Source of the DNA: Nitrospirota bacterium
GTDB lineage: Bacteria; Nitrospirota; UBA9217
Assembly: GCA_963845065.1 (NCBI GenBank)
Contig: CAWJQQ010000001.1
Coordinates: 352,001-416,000 of the forward strand
Reading direction: 5' to 3'
DNA: 64,000 nt
The position numbers were made by a program, and so were the translations under genes. Of the stretch, positions 39,340-50,075 are shown piece after piece. The notes beneath the pieces are model-generated. The model ran no database searches. It was given only the letters and a program-made list of their open reading frames with translations, and was not told the DNA's origin. Each line of letters starts with the position of its first letter. Within the stretch, counting starts at the first letter, position 1.

Positions 39340-40440
39340 TTATGCGCTCTGAGGATTCACTTCCCGGGCAATTGCCCATATGAAGCCGCACAATTCTCTG
39401 GCGATAGCTGTTACCACCTTGTTTCTAGACTTCCCTTTGGCCGTAAGCTTACGGAATCGTCCGCAGAGCCGCACTTGGGCTTTCCAAGAGACGTCGAGAA
39501 TGTTTTTCGGCAACCCCTCTTGTCGTTTGAGGAGCACTCGGCTGACTCGGGCTGGGAAACTGTAAGCTTGAGCCGCTTCGATTAACGCGCGTCTAACGTG
39601 AGTGTTTCCGGTTTTGGTGATGCCCCCTCGTCTGGTGCTGTCTCCGCTGGAGTACTCGGAGGGAACCAGCCCTAGATATCCCATAAGATGCTTGGGATTT
39701 TTAAAACGGCCCAAGTCTCCAATCTCAGCCATGGTGGTCGCAGCAGTTACATCCGCTACACCGCGTAGCGATTGGATTGCACGTACGACAGGGGCCGTTC
39801 GGCATGTTGGAATGAGCTTTTGAATCTGCTCCGTTAGCCGGGAAACACGCGCAGAGCATTCCTGCACAGTGTTGATGTACTCTTGCAGCGTGATCTGCTG
39901 AGCAGGGTGTGGCATCTTGATGTCCGACAGCCAACGCATGTGGGCTTGGGTCCATGCGGTTTCCCCAGAGTATCGGTGTCCATGCCGCAGAAGCATCGCG
40001 CCTAATCGCTGCCGAGCGGTGCGCTGGGCCTTAATTGCGTCTTCGCGGCCACGTGTCAGGTCTCGCATGGCTTCATCTTCTTCCTGGGGTACGTAAACAG
40101 GGGTCAGTTCTCCAGCCCGATACAGCCTTGCAAGACTTTGCGCGTCACGACGATCGGTTTTGACGCGATCGCCGCTTTTCTTGGGGATCAGCGAGGGTGC
40201 CACAACCGTGCATTTGTAACCTTTTTTGGTCAGATGGCGGTATATTTCATAACCGCATGGGCCGGCTTCATAGACAAAGTGCAGTTCCGTTCCTTTGCTT
40301 TCAAGCTTTCTAACCATTTTGTCCAATGACGACATGTCACTGCCAATCTTACCGTAGTAGCGAACCTCTTGATTGTCGTCGGTGTCTGCTGTTGCCACTG
40401 CTATTGAGTTTTTTGCTGAATCGAGACCTACTATTGTGAT
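39340..40440 (-). pseudogene. IS110 DEDD transposase lacking its native start
   Basis: ITIVGLD (upstream of the GTG at 40398), YEAGPCG, KTDRRDA, GLVPSEYSSG, AIAREL; no in-frame ATG before an upstream stop. Confidence 0.85.
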
Positions 40441-40767
40441 AGAATCAATAAGGATTGTGACGACATCTTCACGTCGTACTCAATCCATAATTCAAGAAGC
40501 CCGGAGCGGCAGGATGATGACCGATAGTCTCTATATATAGGGTAATGCTTCGAGGGGTCGTTTTTGGTTAAAGCCTGAATGGGCAGTTTATGGAGAGTGA
40601 GAGCTCGTGTCGGTCTGATTATAAAAAAACAAACGTGATTCCCATTATACTCACACGCAGAAATCATCGCCTGATCCGCTCGCGCGGCCGAACGGGAGCG
40701 TTGACCCGCAGATGATGCCTGCGGGATCTTACACGAGAAACACGTGGTGAATCAAAATCGTCGGATG

Positions 40768-41868
40768 CTATCCGGCGCGTGCCAGGTGCTGCGGCGGCGG
40801 AGAAATCGAAATCACTTTGAGAAAGCCACCGCAGCACCCGCATGTTGGATGAGGCATTGGGGGCGTCTGTTCGACTTCAGACATCGTCACCTCAAATCCA
40901 TAAGCCAGCTCAATCAGCGTCCTGATGTTCTCAAGCGGGACTTTGCAGGTCGGGCTTAAGAAGCCGTAATATCGCACCTTCATGAACCCCGTCGGTAGAA
41001 CGTGCTGGAGGAAGCGACGCATAAATTCCATCACCTCAAGTTCCAGCGTTCTCCAGCGATTGCTATTGGTCTTTTTGTAATGAATGAAGATCTGACGATT
41101 CTTGACTTTCACGATCCGGCTGTTGGACAAGGCTACCCGAAAGACATAGGGGGCAAGATACTTGAGACTCCCTTCGCTGTCGCCCACGGCTTGCGAGTTC
41201 ACGTTCCAGTCGATGCGCCAGACCTCTTCGGGGATTTGATCAAAAAGGCCTGCTTTTTTCATCTCATCCTTGAACTTCGCCCGGAAAATGGGAGATAGCG
41301 CTTGGACCGGCACATAGAAACCGGTTCCTGACGGTTTCCATGTTTTATCCTCGGACGAAAACGCCCCACCTACGACGATATAGTGGACATGGGGGTGAAA
41401 CTCCAGTGTTCTGCCCCATGTGTGCAGGACCCCGAAGAAGCCCGGCAGATCGCCGCCCATGAACTTGGGGTCGAGAACCAGCTTTTTCATAGCCGCTGAA
41501 GAAGCAGAAAACAAGGCAGCATAAGCTGCTCGTTGATTGCCTCTGATGAACCGACGAATCTGCTCGGGCACCGTGAACGTGATCATGAAGTGATGTCCTG
41601 GCATCCGCCGATCAATCTGTTTTTCGAGCCACTGTCGGCTCTTATGATACTGGCAGGTCGGGCAGTGACGGTTGCCGCAAGAACGATGGATGGCATGGTC
41701 TTTCCCGCAGTCTTCGCAACGGAACCAGGTCGTCCCACAAGCTGGAGTGCGGCAGTTGATAATTGCGTCTATTGCCTTGCGATGTTCCAGAGGAATCGCT
41801 TCGCCAAACCGTGACACGTACTCCGGGGCATAGGTGCGGAAAATCTCATTGATCGTGTCCATGGTCAA
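40768..41868 (-). CDS. IS91-family (Y2/HUH) transposase with N-terminal Zn finger
   Basis: SCGNRHCPTC, FTVP, LHTWG..L.FHPHVH, YLAPY, RYYGFL. Confidence 0.92.
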   Translation of the reverse strand: MTMDTINEIFRTYAPEYVSRFGEAIPLEHRKAIDAIINCRTPACGTTWFRCEDCGKDHAIHRSCGNRHCPTCQYHKSRQWLEKQIDRRMPGHHFMITFTVPEQIRRFIRGNQRAAYAALFSASSAAMKKLVLDPKFMGGDLPGFFGVLHTWGRTLEFHPHVHYIVVGGAFSSEDKTWKPSGTGFYVPVQALSPIFRAKFKDEMKKAGLFDQIPEEVWRIDWNVNSQAVGDSEGSLKYLAPYVFRVALSNSRIVKVKNRQIFIHYKKTNSNRWRTLELEVMEFMRRFLQHVLPTGFMKVRYYGFLSPTCKVPLENIRTLIELAYGFEVTMSEVEQTPPMPHPTCGCCGGFLKVISISPPPQHLARAG

Positions 41869-42740
41869 AACCCCGTCATGAGCTGGTCGATGATTTTGTA
41901 AGCGTCTTCCTGACCCTTGGTGGTCAAATGTAGGTAAATCATCGTGGTCTCAAGGCTGGAGTGGCCCATATACTGCTGGATGACGCTCAGATTCACGCCG
42001 GCTTCGAGCAGGTGAGTAGCATAGGCGTGGCGAAGCGTGTGGATGGAGACGTTGCGTTTCTGAATACCCGCTGCGCGTACCGCGTTCTGAAGCGCCGCCT
42101 GCACCGTACTGTATGAAACCGGTTTCCGAATGTCCGAGCCATCTTTGTATATGCCCCGTGAGGGAAAAATCAATCGGGGGTTTTTGTGAGTGGCCCAATG
42201 CTTCCGCAAAAGAGCATACGTCGTACGGGGAAGCGGAACATAACGGTCTTTAGTGCCTTTCCCCCGGTGGATATGGATCATCATACGGTGTTTATCGATG
42301 TCCGGGACTTCGAGGTGTAGCGCTTCCTGGAGCCGAAGGCCGCAGGAATAGACTGTGGAGAGGAAGGCGTGGTTGCGAGGAGACGTGACGCGGGAAAGGG
42401 TGGCGCGTACCTCTTCGATACTAAGCACAGTCGGAAGCCGGTGTTCAGTTTGCGCCCGAATGATGCTCAGGATATGCCAGTCACGGCGCAGGACGTTCTC
42501 AAAGAAAAAGCGGATGCCGGCATAGCAGACAGCCATGGTTTTGGGCGCCCACTTGCGAACGTTCCTGCAATGGAGGAAGTATTCCTGAAGCTCTTCTTCG
42601 GTGATGAGATCGGGGGTTTTGTTGCCGAAATGCTCAATGAGTAATCGGACTGCGCGTGTGTAACTTTCTTGCGTTGTGTCGCCCTTACCGCTCAGTTGCA
42701 GGGCTTCTTTGGACTTCTCGTACCAGTTTTCCATGACCAT
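41865..42740 (-). CDS. Tyrosine recombinase with N-terminal SAM-like domain
   Basis: YSCGLRLQE, GKGTKDRYV, HTLRHAYATHLLE, MGHSSLETTMIY; overlaps the IS91 gene. Confidence 0.92.
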   Translation of the reverse strand: MVMENWYEKSKEALQLSGKGDTTQESYTRAVRLLIEHFGNKTPDLITEEELQEYFLHCRNVRKWAPKTMAVCYAGIRFFFENVLRRDWHILSIIRAQTEHRLPTVLSIEEVRATLSRVTSPRNHAFLSTVYSCGLRLQEALHLEVPDIDKHRMMIHIHRGKGTKDRYVPLPRTTYALLRKHWATHKNPRLIFPSRGIYKDGSDIRKPVSYSTVQAALQNAVRAAGIQKRNVSIHTLRHAYATHLLEAGVNLSVIQQYMGHSSLETTMIYLHLTTKGQEDAYKIIDQLMTGF

Positions 42741-42981
42741 ACTCTCCTTGTGCTACAAGATTGAACTGCATTGGAGATGTATGGTAACACGGAGATTATT
42801 CAGGAAATATCAGACAAGGTGGGATGGACGCAGGATGGATGCTTTGCTCTTCTGCCGCGGAGCGGCTTACTTGAATCCAATCTGTTTTTGGTCCCAGAGG
42901 CAATGATACTGACTGTACCCTTTAATAATATTTCACGTAAAGTACATCCATCCATTAGATTGCTTCGGTATCGTTAACTTT

Positions 42982-43075
42982 GTCACACCGCATAAATTAT
43001 GACATGCTTATGCGACGCATTTACTTGAGAACGGTGCCGACATGCGGGAGTTCTGGTTCTTCTCGGACATGTTGT
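42982..43075 (+). pseudogene. Xer-like tyrosine recombinase C-terminal remnant
   Basis: VTPHKL*HAYATHLLENGADMRE, then a frameshift into LLGH. Confidence 0.7.
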
Positions 43076-43440
43076 TTCCGAATCGCTGATATCTAAATAA
43101 GAAGCTTGACAGCTGCATATTAAGAGACTATCCTAACCAATATTGAAACCAATTTTTATTGGATTCTACATTGTATTTGCTCCCTCTCTTCTAGAAAAAT
43201 CCAATAAACTGAATTCATTCAAGTCACCAAGTCAGGCGAATGACTAAGTTCGAGGTTACGACAAAACAATGAAGTACTTCTCTGATAGCGTATCAGGTTG
43301 CCGATCCAAAGTTCATCTGCCGGCCTATGAAACAGGTTAGCCTCAGGAAGGAAGTGCGATCGTCGCATATTAGCGATACTTAAGATTCCTAAGCCTATAG
43401 ATAGTGTACATTGGACGAGTTATTTATAAGGAGAATAATT

Positions 43441-44493
43441 ATGGAAAATATAGAGACGTATCGGGGGGAAGAGGTTAAGGGTGGCAGCGGGTTTGTTAAT
43501 GAAGGAGCAAAGCGATATTTAGAATTTCTTTACACGAAAACAGAGCGATACGTCGAACAGCTGAGAGATTTTGAAGTGAGATGTTCTCACCCAGGGGCGA
43601 ACGAGGAGAAACTACTTGAAGAGATTACTGTCTTGAATGACTCGATGCTTGGAACCTGTGCACAGTTTGAGAAGGACGTGAATGATACGTTTATCATTAA
43701 ATCGGCACAGGTTGATTTCAGAGAAAAAACAAATCCTATCTTGGCCAAAAGCTATTGTATCAACCGAACCAGAGTATGGCCTCAAGGGCATCAGGGAGAC
43801 TATAATACCTTGGAAATTGCATACAAGAATTCTCCCATGTCCGACGGCATGGGATATTACCTTGACAAGTATATGCTATCTGTAACACTTGCAGTCGGCG
43901 TGAGAGAGCGGATCGTGAAACTTCGGGAACTGCTAAAAAAAGAGTTAATCAACAGGCGCGATCCTAAAGTCCTCGACGTGGCTTGCGGTTCCTGTCGAGA
44001 GGTCTTCGAATTAGCACCGGAGATCAAAACATCAGGTGCCAAGTTTACCTGTGTTGATCTGGACGCTGCTGCCTTGGATTTCGCCCTCGATCGTTTTGCA
44101 TATGCAGGACTCTCGGAAGATTACGTGGAATTGCGCCAATACAATGCTCTCAGAATATTCGATTACGAGACGGCGGTTGCGGAATTCGGGATGCAAGATA
44201 TTATCTACAGTGTCGGCTATTTTGATTATCTCCCCAACGATTTCCTCGTGAGATTGTTAAGTTCCCTGTATAAGATGCTCACGCCTGGCGGGAAACTCAT
44301 TGCTTCCTTCAAAGATGTTAATCGTTACCGTCCACAATTTTACCATTGGCTCGTCAACTGGGATGGATTCTTACAGCGCTCCGAGGCTGATTTCGAAAGA
44401 TTGCTTCAATACGCCAATATCCCCGGCAGTGCTATAACAATGTCCCGGGTCGATTCGGGAGCGATTATCTTCTACACTATCACGAAAGAGTGA
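43441..44493 (+). CDS. Class I SAM methyltransferase, PhcB-like
   Basis: WPQGHQGDY motif, VLDVACGS, IIYSVGYFDYL, LTPGGKL; AGGAG RBS before ATG 43441. Confidence 0.75.
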   Translation: MENIETYRGEEVKGGSGFVNEGAKRYLEFLYTKTERYVEQLRDFEVRCSHPGANEEKLLEEITVLNDSMLGTCAQFEKDVNDTFIIKSAQVDFREKTNPILAKSYCINRTRVWPQGHQGDYNTLEIAYKNSPMSDGMGYYLDKYMLSVTLAVGVRERIVKLRELLKKELINRRDPKVLDVACGSCREVFELAPEIKTSGAKFTCVDLDAAALDFALDRFAYAGLSEDYVELRQYNALRIFDYETAVAEFGMQDIIYSVGYFDYLPNDFLVRLLSSLYKMLTPGGKLIASFKDVNRYRPQFYHWLVNWDGFLQRSEADFERLLQYANIPGSAITMSRVDSGAIIFYTITKE

Positions 44494-44696
44494 TCCGCTG
44501 CGTGGTGGAAATACCTTAGAGCATGAGGGATGCAGGGATGGGTATGCTCCCTTTAAGAGAGTAGATGTTGGCCCAGATCTTCGCTCTGAACAAGGTTTTT
44601 ACCTTGTAAAGACGCGGGAAAAGTGTTATAAATGACACGCTAATCCATCCACTCATTCGGGAGCTGGGCCTGAAAAAGAATTCGCTTTTTAATAAG

Positions 44697-45422
44697 GTGG
44701 CGCTCGTCACGGGCGGGACGAGGGGTATTGGCCGCGCCATAGTCCTCGCTATCTGCGGCGAGGGTGCCGATTGCGCGTTTACTTTTACCAAAGACCGTGC
44801 AGCAGCAGACTCCCTTGTTGAAGAAGTCCTTCGAATGGGCAGAAAGGCACTGCCATTTCGACTTGACGTGCGGGATTTTGACGGCGCTAACACGCTCGTT
44901 GAGGAGGTGAAGAAAGAATTCGGAAGACTCGATATCCTCATCAACAACGCCGGTATAACAAAGGACAAGTCGCTCATGATGATGAATAAGGAAGACTGGT
45001 CCGAAGTAATAGATATTAATCTTACCGGTGTTTTTAACACTTCGCGAGCTTGCATTATCACCTTTCTCAAACAAAAAAGCGGGAACATCGTGAACATGTC
45101 ATCAGTCAGTGGCATCCACCCGCTCCCCAGCCAGGTAAATTACGCGGCGGCAAAGGCAGGCGTGATCGGCTTTACCAAATCACTGGCTAAGGAAGTAGCT
45201 TCCTATAACATCAGGGTCAATGCCGTTGCCCCCGGTTTCATCAACACCGAGATGACGGCGGCGCTCAGCGCGAAATCCAAGGATAGATTTTTGAACATGA
45301 TACCGCTTCACAGATTTGGCACTTCCGATGAAGTGGCGAAGGCAGTACTGTTTTTGCTTAGTGACGAGTCCCAGTACATAACCGGGCAAGTACTACAGCT
45401 TGATGGGGGATTGGGGATTTAA
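44697..45422 (+). CDS. fabG: 3-oxoacyl-ACP reductase
   Basis: TGGTRGIG, NNAGITKD, YAAAK, VNAVAPGFI. Start uncertain. Confidence 0.9.
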   Translation: MALVTGGTRGIGRAIVLAICGEGADCAFTFTKDRAAADSLVEEVLRMGRKALPFRLDVRDFDGANTLVEEVKKEFGRLDILINNAGITKDKSLMMMNKEDWSEVIDINLTGVFNTSRACIITFLKQKSGNIVNMSSVSGIHPLPSQVNYAAAKAGVIGFTKSLAKEVASYNIRVNAVAPGFINTEMTAALSAKSKDRFLNMIPLHRFGTSDEVAKAVLFLLSDESQYITGQVLQLDGGLGI

Positions 45423-45429
45423 CCCGGGA

Positions 45430-46662
45430 ATGAGCGGAAGAATAGCAATTACCGGCATCGGTGTTCTCTCGCCTATTGCGATCGGCAGAGAGGCATATTG
45501 GGAAGGATTGTACCAGGGTAAAACGGGATTTCGCCCTGTGACTCTCTTTGACTCTGCACCTTTTAGTGTGCACCTTGCAGGCGAGGTACCTAATTTTGAC
45601 CCGGTTTCATTCCTCGGCAAGAAAGGCCTACGGGACCTTGACAGGAGCACGAGGTTGGTATGCTCTGCCGCCAAACTCGCTATAGAGGACAGTAAACTTG
45701 AGATAACCGAGGCAAATACTCACTCCATGGGGGTCTCACTCGGGACGACGTTCGGGAGCCTCCACAGCATCTCACAGTTCGACCGCTCGGGCCTCATCGA
45801 AGGACCGCGGTCCGTCAATCCCTCACACTTCCCGAACACCGTGATTAACTCCCCTGCCAGCCAAGTGTCCATTCGTTTTAAAATCAAAGGGTTTAATACT
45901 ACCATATCAACGGGTTTCTGCGCCAGCCTCGACTCCGTCTCTTTTGCCGCGGACTTCATACGACTAAACAGGGCCGACGTCGTCCTTGCAGGCGGGGTCG
46001 AAGAACTGTGCGAGGAAACCTTCATGGGATTTCATAACCTAGGTTATCTGTCGGGTGTTGACGGCTCGGAGCCCCATTGCTGTCCCTTCGACGCCCGTAG
46101 GAATGGAACCATCTTGTCCGAAGGCGCGGCCATTCTGGTCCTTGAAGATGAGGATCATGCGTTAAAAAGAGGCGCGACCATTTTAGCACTTGTTCTGGGG
46201 TACGGCAATGCCTTTGATCCTTCGGCAGACAGCTCCTTCGATCATGCAGGACAAGGGTTAAAGAATGCCAGTGTTCATGCTTTAAAAGATGCTTCTTTAG
46301 ATCCGAAAGACATAGATTATATCTGCGCCTGCTCCAATTCAACGAAGGGGCTGGACAGAATGGAGACAAGGATCATAAAAGAACTTTTCGGCGACCATGC
46401 CTTCAAGATACCGGTAAGTTCAGTAAAGTCCATGGTGGGAGAATCGTATTCGGCTTCCGGCGCGCTATCGCTCGCAGCAGCAGTAGGCGCGCTCCAGAAT
46501 GTATTCATCCCACCCACAGTGAATTATCATGAACGAGATCCTGAGTGCGATCTTGATTATGTTCCTGGCAAGGCGCGGCAAATGCAGATAGAGAACGTAC
46601 TTGTAATTTCAGCAGACCCATACGGCCAGAATACCGCCGTCATTCTAGGACGATACGCGTAG
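45430..46662 (+). CDS. Ketosynthase-like protein lacking the catalytic triad (chain-length-factor-like)
   Basis: KS fold motifs, but STGFCAS, ICACSNST and KSMVGE replace STACAAG, SAHGTGT and KSMLGH. Confidence 0.8.
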   Translation: MSGRIAITGIGVLSPIAIGREAYWEGLYQGKTGFRPVTLFDSAPFSVHLAGEVPNFDPVSFLGKKGLRDLDRSTRLVCSAAKLAIEDSKLEITEANTHSMGVSLGTTFGSLHSISQFDRSGLIEGPRSVNPSHFPNTVINSPASQVSIRFKIKGFNTTISTGFCASLDSVSFAADFIRLNRADVVLAGGVEELCEETFMGFHNLGYLSGVDGSEPHCCPFDARRNGTILSEGAAILVLEDEDHALKRGATILALVLGYGNAFDPSADSSFDHAGQGLKNASVHALKDASLDPKDIDYICACSNSTKGLDRMETRIIKELFGDHAFKIPVSSVKSMVGESYSASGALSLAAAVGALQNVFIPPTVNYHERDPECDLDYVPGKARQMQIENVLVISADPYGQNTAVILGRYA

Positions 46663-46722
46663 CGCATGCAACAGAACGGCTGACTTGTTTTTGCGCTGTC
46701 TTATGCCGAGATCAGGTGACCG

Positions 46723-47163
46723 ATGCAGCTAGATTTTGAAGAGATTCAGAAATTCATTCCTCAGCGATTTCCCTTCATTATGATCGACAGGGTCCTTGAG
46801 ATCGAACCGGGGAAACACGCAATTGCCGTGAAGAATATTTCGGGCAATGATATGGTTTTCCTCGGCCATTTTCCCGAGAAAGCCATCATGCCCGGCGCAC
46901 TCATCATCGAGGCCATGGCGCAGACTGCCATCATCCTTTTTGCGACAAATAGAAAAAACGAAAACGCGGCCAAAAAACATTTGTATTACTTCGGGTCAGT
47001 CAAGGCACGATTTCTCCGCCCCGCGGTACCCGGTGACCAGTTAAAGATTAAGGTCGTAAATGTCAAATCCCTGCCGAATGTTGCCTATGTGTCGGGCGAG
47101 GCATTTGTAGACGATAAAAAAATAACCGAAGCGGAATTGGTTTTCAGCGTGAAAGATGAATAA
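46723..47163 (+). CDS. fabZ: 3-hydroxyacyl-ACP dehydratase
   Basis: IPQRFPFIMIDRV, GHFPEKAIMPGALIIEAMAQ. Confidence 0.9.
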   Translation: MQLDFEEIQKFIPQRFPFIMIDRVLEIEPGKHAIAVKNISGNDMVFLGHFPEKAIMPGALIIEAMAQTAIILFATNRKNENAAKKHLYYFGSVKARFLRPAVPGDQLKIKVVNVKSLPNVAYVSGEAFVDDKKITEAELVFSVKDE

Positions 47164-48364
47164 GAGAGTTGTCATAACAGGCATGGGAGTCATATCTTCC
47201 ATCGGCATCGGCAAGGACGAATTCTGGGATAGTCTGCTTCAGGGAAAGTCCGGCATAAGCCCTGTTACTACTTTTGATACGACAAACCATTTTACTCATA
47301 ATGGCGGTGAGGTCAAGATTTTTAAACCTGAGCAGTTTATTCCGAAAGAGTGTCTGAAGTTCATGAATCGTGCCACCCAGATGGCGTTGGCTTCGGCAAA
47401 ACTTGCAGTAAAAGATGCCGCGCTAACATCTGAAGAATTAAACCACCATGTAATCGGAGTTTCTCATGGCACAACGCTGGGTGCGGCACAAGCTATTGAA
47501 GACATTGACTTGCTGCTCATTAACCAGAAAGAAGTGGGGAAAGAACTATTTTTCCAAATGCCGCCACATACAGCGCCAGCCGCAATTGCGAAGGAGTTCA
47601 ACTGCAACGGACCGCATTTCATGGTCTCGACAGCCTGTGCTGCAGGAAATTATGCAATCGCCTATGCTTATGATTTGGTCAGGCTGAACAGGGCTGAAAT
47701 CATGATTGCCGGCGCATCGGATGGAATATCTCGTATTGAATATACGGGTTTTAATCAGTTCTCAGCTGTCGCTCCCGAAAGATGTCAACCTTTTGATAAA
47801 AACAGGAAAGGTATGATGCTTGCTGAAGGGGCTGGAATGCTCGTGTTAGAATCATTAGAGAATGCCATAAAAAGGAAGGCGCCGATATACGCTGAAATAG
47901 CAGGTTATGGCCTCAGTTGCGATGCGCATCATATGACGAATGCCTCAATGGCAGGAATTGTCGAATGCATGAAAAAGGCAATGAGGGAGGCAGGCATTAC
48001 TATAGATGATGTGGACTACATCAGTGCCCACGGCACAGGAACGCAGGCAAATGATCGCGCGGAATGTGCCGCCATTAAAGAGGTCTTCGGGACTCGTTAT
48101 AGTAAAATTCCCATCAGTTCCATTAAGTCCATGCTCGGCCATACCATGGGAGCGGCTTCCGCTTTAGAAGCAATTACCTGTGCCCTTGTCGTGAAAAACG
48201 ACATCATGCCCCCAACAATCAATTACGAAACCCCTGATCCGGAATGTGATATCGATTGTGTACCCAATCAGGCAAGAAAGAATACTGTGAATATCGCATT
48301 AAACAATTCATATGCCTTCGGAGGCAATAATGCTTCTGTAGTTGTAAAAAAATATATCCGCTGA
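47156..48364 (+). CDS. fabF: Beta-ketoacyl-ACP synthase II-like (catalytic KS)
   Basis: STACAAG, SAHGTGT, KSMLGH, NSYAFGG. Confidence 0.9.
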   Translation: MNKRVVITGMGVISSIGIGKDEFWDSLLQGKSGISPVTTFDTTNHFTHNGGEVKIFKPEQFIPKECLKFMNRATQMALASAKLAVKDAALTSEELNHHVIGVSHGTTLGAAQAIEDIDLLLINQKEVGKELFFQMPPHTAPAAIAKEFNCNGPHFMVSTACAAGNYAIAYAYDLVRLNRAEIMIAGASDGISRIEYTGFNQFSAVAPERCQPFDKNRKGMMLAEGAGMLVLESLENAIKRKAPIYAEIAGYGLSCDAHHMTNASMAGIVECMKKAMREAGITIDDVDYISAHGTGTQANDRAECAAIKEVFGTRYSKIPISSIKSMLGHTMGAASALEAITCALVVKNDIMPPTINYETPDPECDIDCVPNQARKNTVNIALNNSYAFGGNNASVVVKKYIR

Positions 48365-48639
48365 TGAAGGAGAACAAAATGGTAAATGATGTTGAGAAAA
48401 AAATTGTGTCAATCATTGCAGATGTTTCCGGAATTGACGAGGAGGAGATAACGCCAGAAAAAAACTTTTTTAAAGACCTGGAAATAGATTCGATTAAGGC
48501 CATCGAAATCACGGTAGCTATTGAAAAGAAGTTTAAAATATCGGTACGGGACGAGGACGTCCCTAAAATAACCACCGTCCAGCAGGCTGTGGCATTGGTA
48601 AATAAGTTACTTAATCAGGTGCCTCCTATAAATGTTTAA
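48364..48639 (+). CDS. Acyl carrier protein
   Basis: DLEIDSIKAIEI phosphopantetheine site; start could be 48379. Confidence 0.9.
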   Translation: MKENKMVNDVEKKIVSIIADVSGIDEEEITPEKNFFKDLEIDSIKAIEITVAIEKKFKISVRDEDVPKITTVQQAVALVNKLLNQVPPINV

Positions 48640-50065
48640 GACCGCTACGGATACCTATGATACAGTCATAATAGGCGCAGGTATAAGCGGTTTGGTCTGT
48701 GGATGTTTCCTTGCAAAAGCAGGCATGAAGGTGCTTATTGCGGAGCGACATATTAAACCCGGCGGATACTGCACATCCTTTAAAAGAAACGGTTTTACTT
48801 TTGATGCCGCTGCCCACTCGTTCGGAGGTTATAAGTATGGTATCCTTGGGAAAGTTTTCGAAGACCTCGGAGTAAATAAAGAATTATCAATAAAAAAAAT
48901 TGACCCTTCAGACATTGTCGTAACTCCAGATTATCGGGTTTCTTTCTGGTCCGATGTGGATAAAACAATTGAGGGTTTTCAATCAGCTTTTCCAAAAGAA
49001 TCCGATAACATTAAGAGATTTTTTTATTTTTTAGTAAGTCCTGATCCTATGTTTTTTACGCGAATTAGGAGCTGGACGTTCAAAAATTTACTGGATGGAT
49101 ATTTTACTGATGATAAACTGAAAGCCACTTTATCCTTTCCCCTTTTCGGTAATGGGGGACTGCCGCCGTCCCTTATGTCTGCATTCATAGGAGCTAAAAT
49201 TTTTAAGGAATTTCTTCTCGACGGAGGATATCATCTCGCGGGAGGAATGCAGGCACTGCCAGATGCTTTGGCAAAAAGATTTAGAGATTTCGGTGGTGAT
49301 TTACGATTATCATCCCCTGTAAAAACAATCAGCGTAAAAAATAGTGAAGTTAAAGGAGTGATGTTGGAAAAAGGGGAATTTGTCCCTTCGCGGTTAGTAG
49401 TCTCTAACTCAGATGCCAAGCTGACTTTTTTAACACTTCTAGGGGAAAAGGTCTTAAGCCAGGATTTTATGGATAACCTTGCCCATATGGTTGCCTCATT
49501 GTCGACGTTCATTGTATACTTAGGCGTAGACAAGTCTAAAAAAAAATTACCTAATCCGGGAATTAATCTTTGGTACCTGTCTCAGTATGATTTACATCGA
49601 ACATATCTTGCTACGCAAAAAGGCAATTTTCGAGATATGGGAAGATATTTGACGCATGTTTCGCCTGACCAGACGACAGTCTTAGCCTTTATAAATGCAC
49701 CTTTTAAAAGTAGGGAATATTGGAAAAACAATAGGAACAAGCTTGCAGATTCTTTAATTCATTCAATTGAAGCGCATTCCATACCAGAATTGTCAAAATA
49801 CATTATCTACAAAGAAACTGCGACTCCTCACACACTGTTTCGTTATACTTTGAATCATAAAGGATCCGCATATGGATGGGAAAGTACTCCGACACAGCTG
49901 GCAAATCCTGAATTTAGAAAACCTTCTTGTATACGTGGTCTTTACTTAACAGGACATTGGACAACGCATGGGCTAGGGATTCCGGGTGTCACTTACGTAA
50001 GTTATGACACTGCCAGGATGATTCTAAAAGAAAAACAAAAAATTATCAAAAAAGTGGTAAATTAG
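48632..50065 (+). CDS. FAD-dependent oxidoreductase, phytoene desaturase (CrtI)-like
   Basis: IIGAGISGL, PGGYCTSF..GFTFD, GGMQALPDAL, GSAYGW, GLYLTGHW. Confidence 0.85.
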   Translation: MFKTATDTYDTVIIGAGISGLVCGCFLAKAGMKVLIAERHIKPGGYCTSFKRNGFTFDAAAHSFGGYKYGILGKVFEDLGVNKELSIKKIDPSDIVVTPDYRVSFWSDVDKTIEGFQSAFPKESDNIKRFFYFLVSPDPMFFTRIRSWTFKNLLDGYFTDDKLKATLSFPLFGNGGLPPSLMSAFIGAKIFKEFLLDGGYHLAGGMQALPDALAKRFRDFGGDLRLSSPVKTISVKNSEVKGVMLEKGEFVPSRLVVSNSDAKLTFLTLLGEKVLSQDFMDNLAHMVASLSTFIVYLGVDKSKKKLPNPGINLWYLSQYDLHRTYLATQKGNFRDMGRYLTHVSPDQTTVLAFINAPFKSREYWKNNRNKLADSLIHSIEAHSIPELSKYIIYKETATPHTLFRYTLNHKGSAYGWESTPTQLANPEFRKPSCIRGLYLTGHWTTHGLGIPGVTYVSYDTARMILKEKQKIIKKVVN

Positions 50066-50075
50066 TACTTACGAT

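Larger units (their letters stand above)
38840..40445 (-). mobile_element. IS110-family (IS1111-type) element, 5'-truncated
   Basis: Transposase plus long 3' non-coding end with sub-terminal IR AACTGTCAACCAT and outward TTGACA. Confidence 0.8.

Noticed and set aside
43441..50065. Housekeeping fab operon or aryl polyene cluster
   Set aside because: No plsX, fabH or fabD; has a triad-less KS; lacks the adenylation, acyltransferase, glycosyltransferase and transporter genes of aryl polyene clusters.
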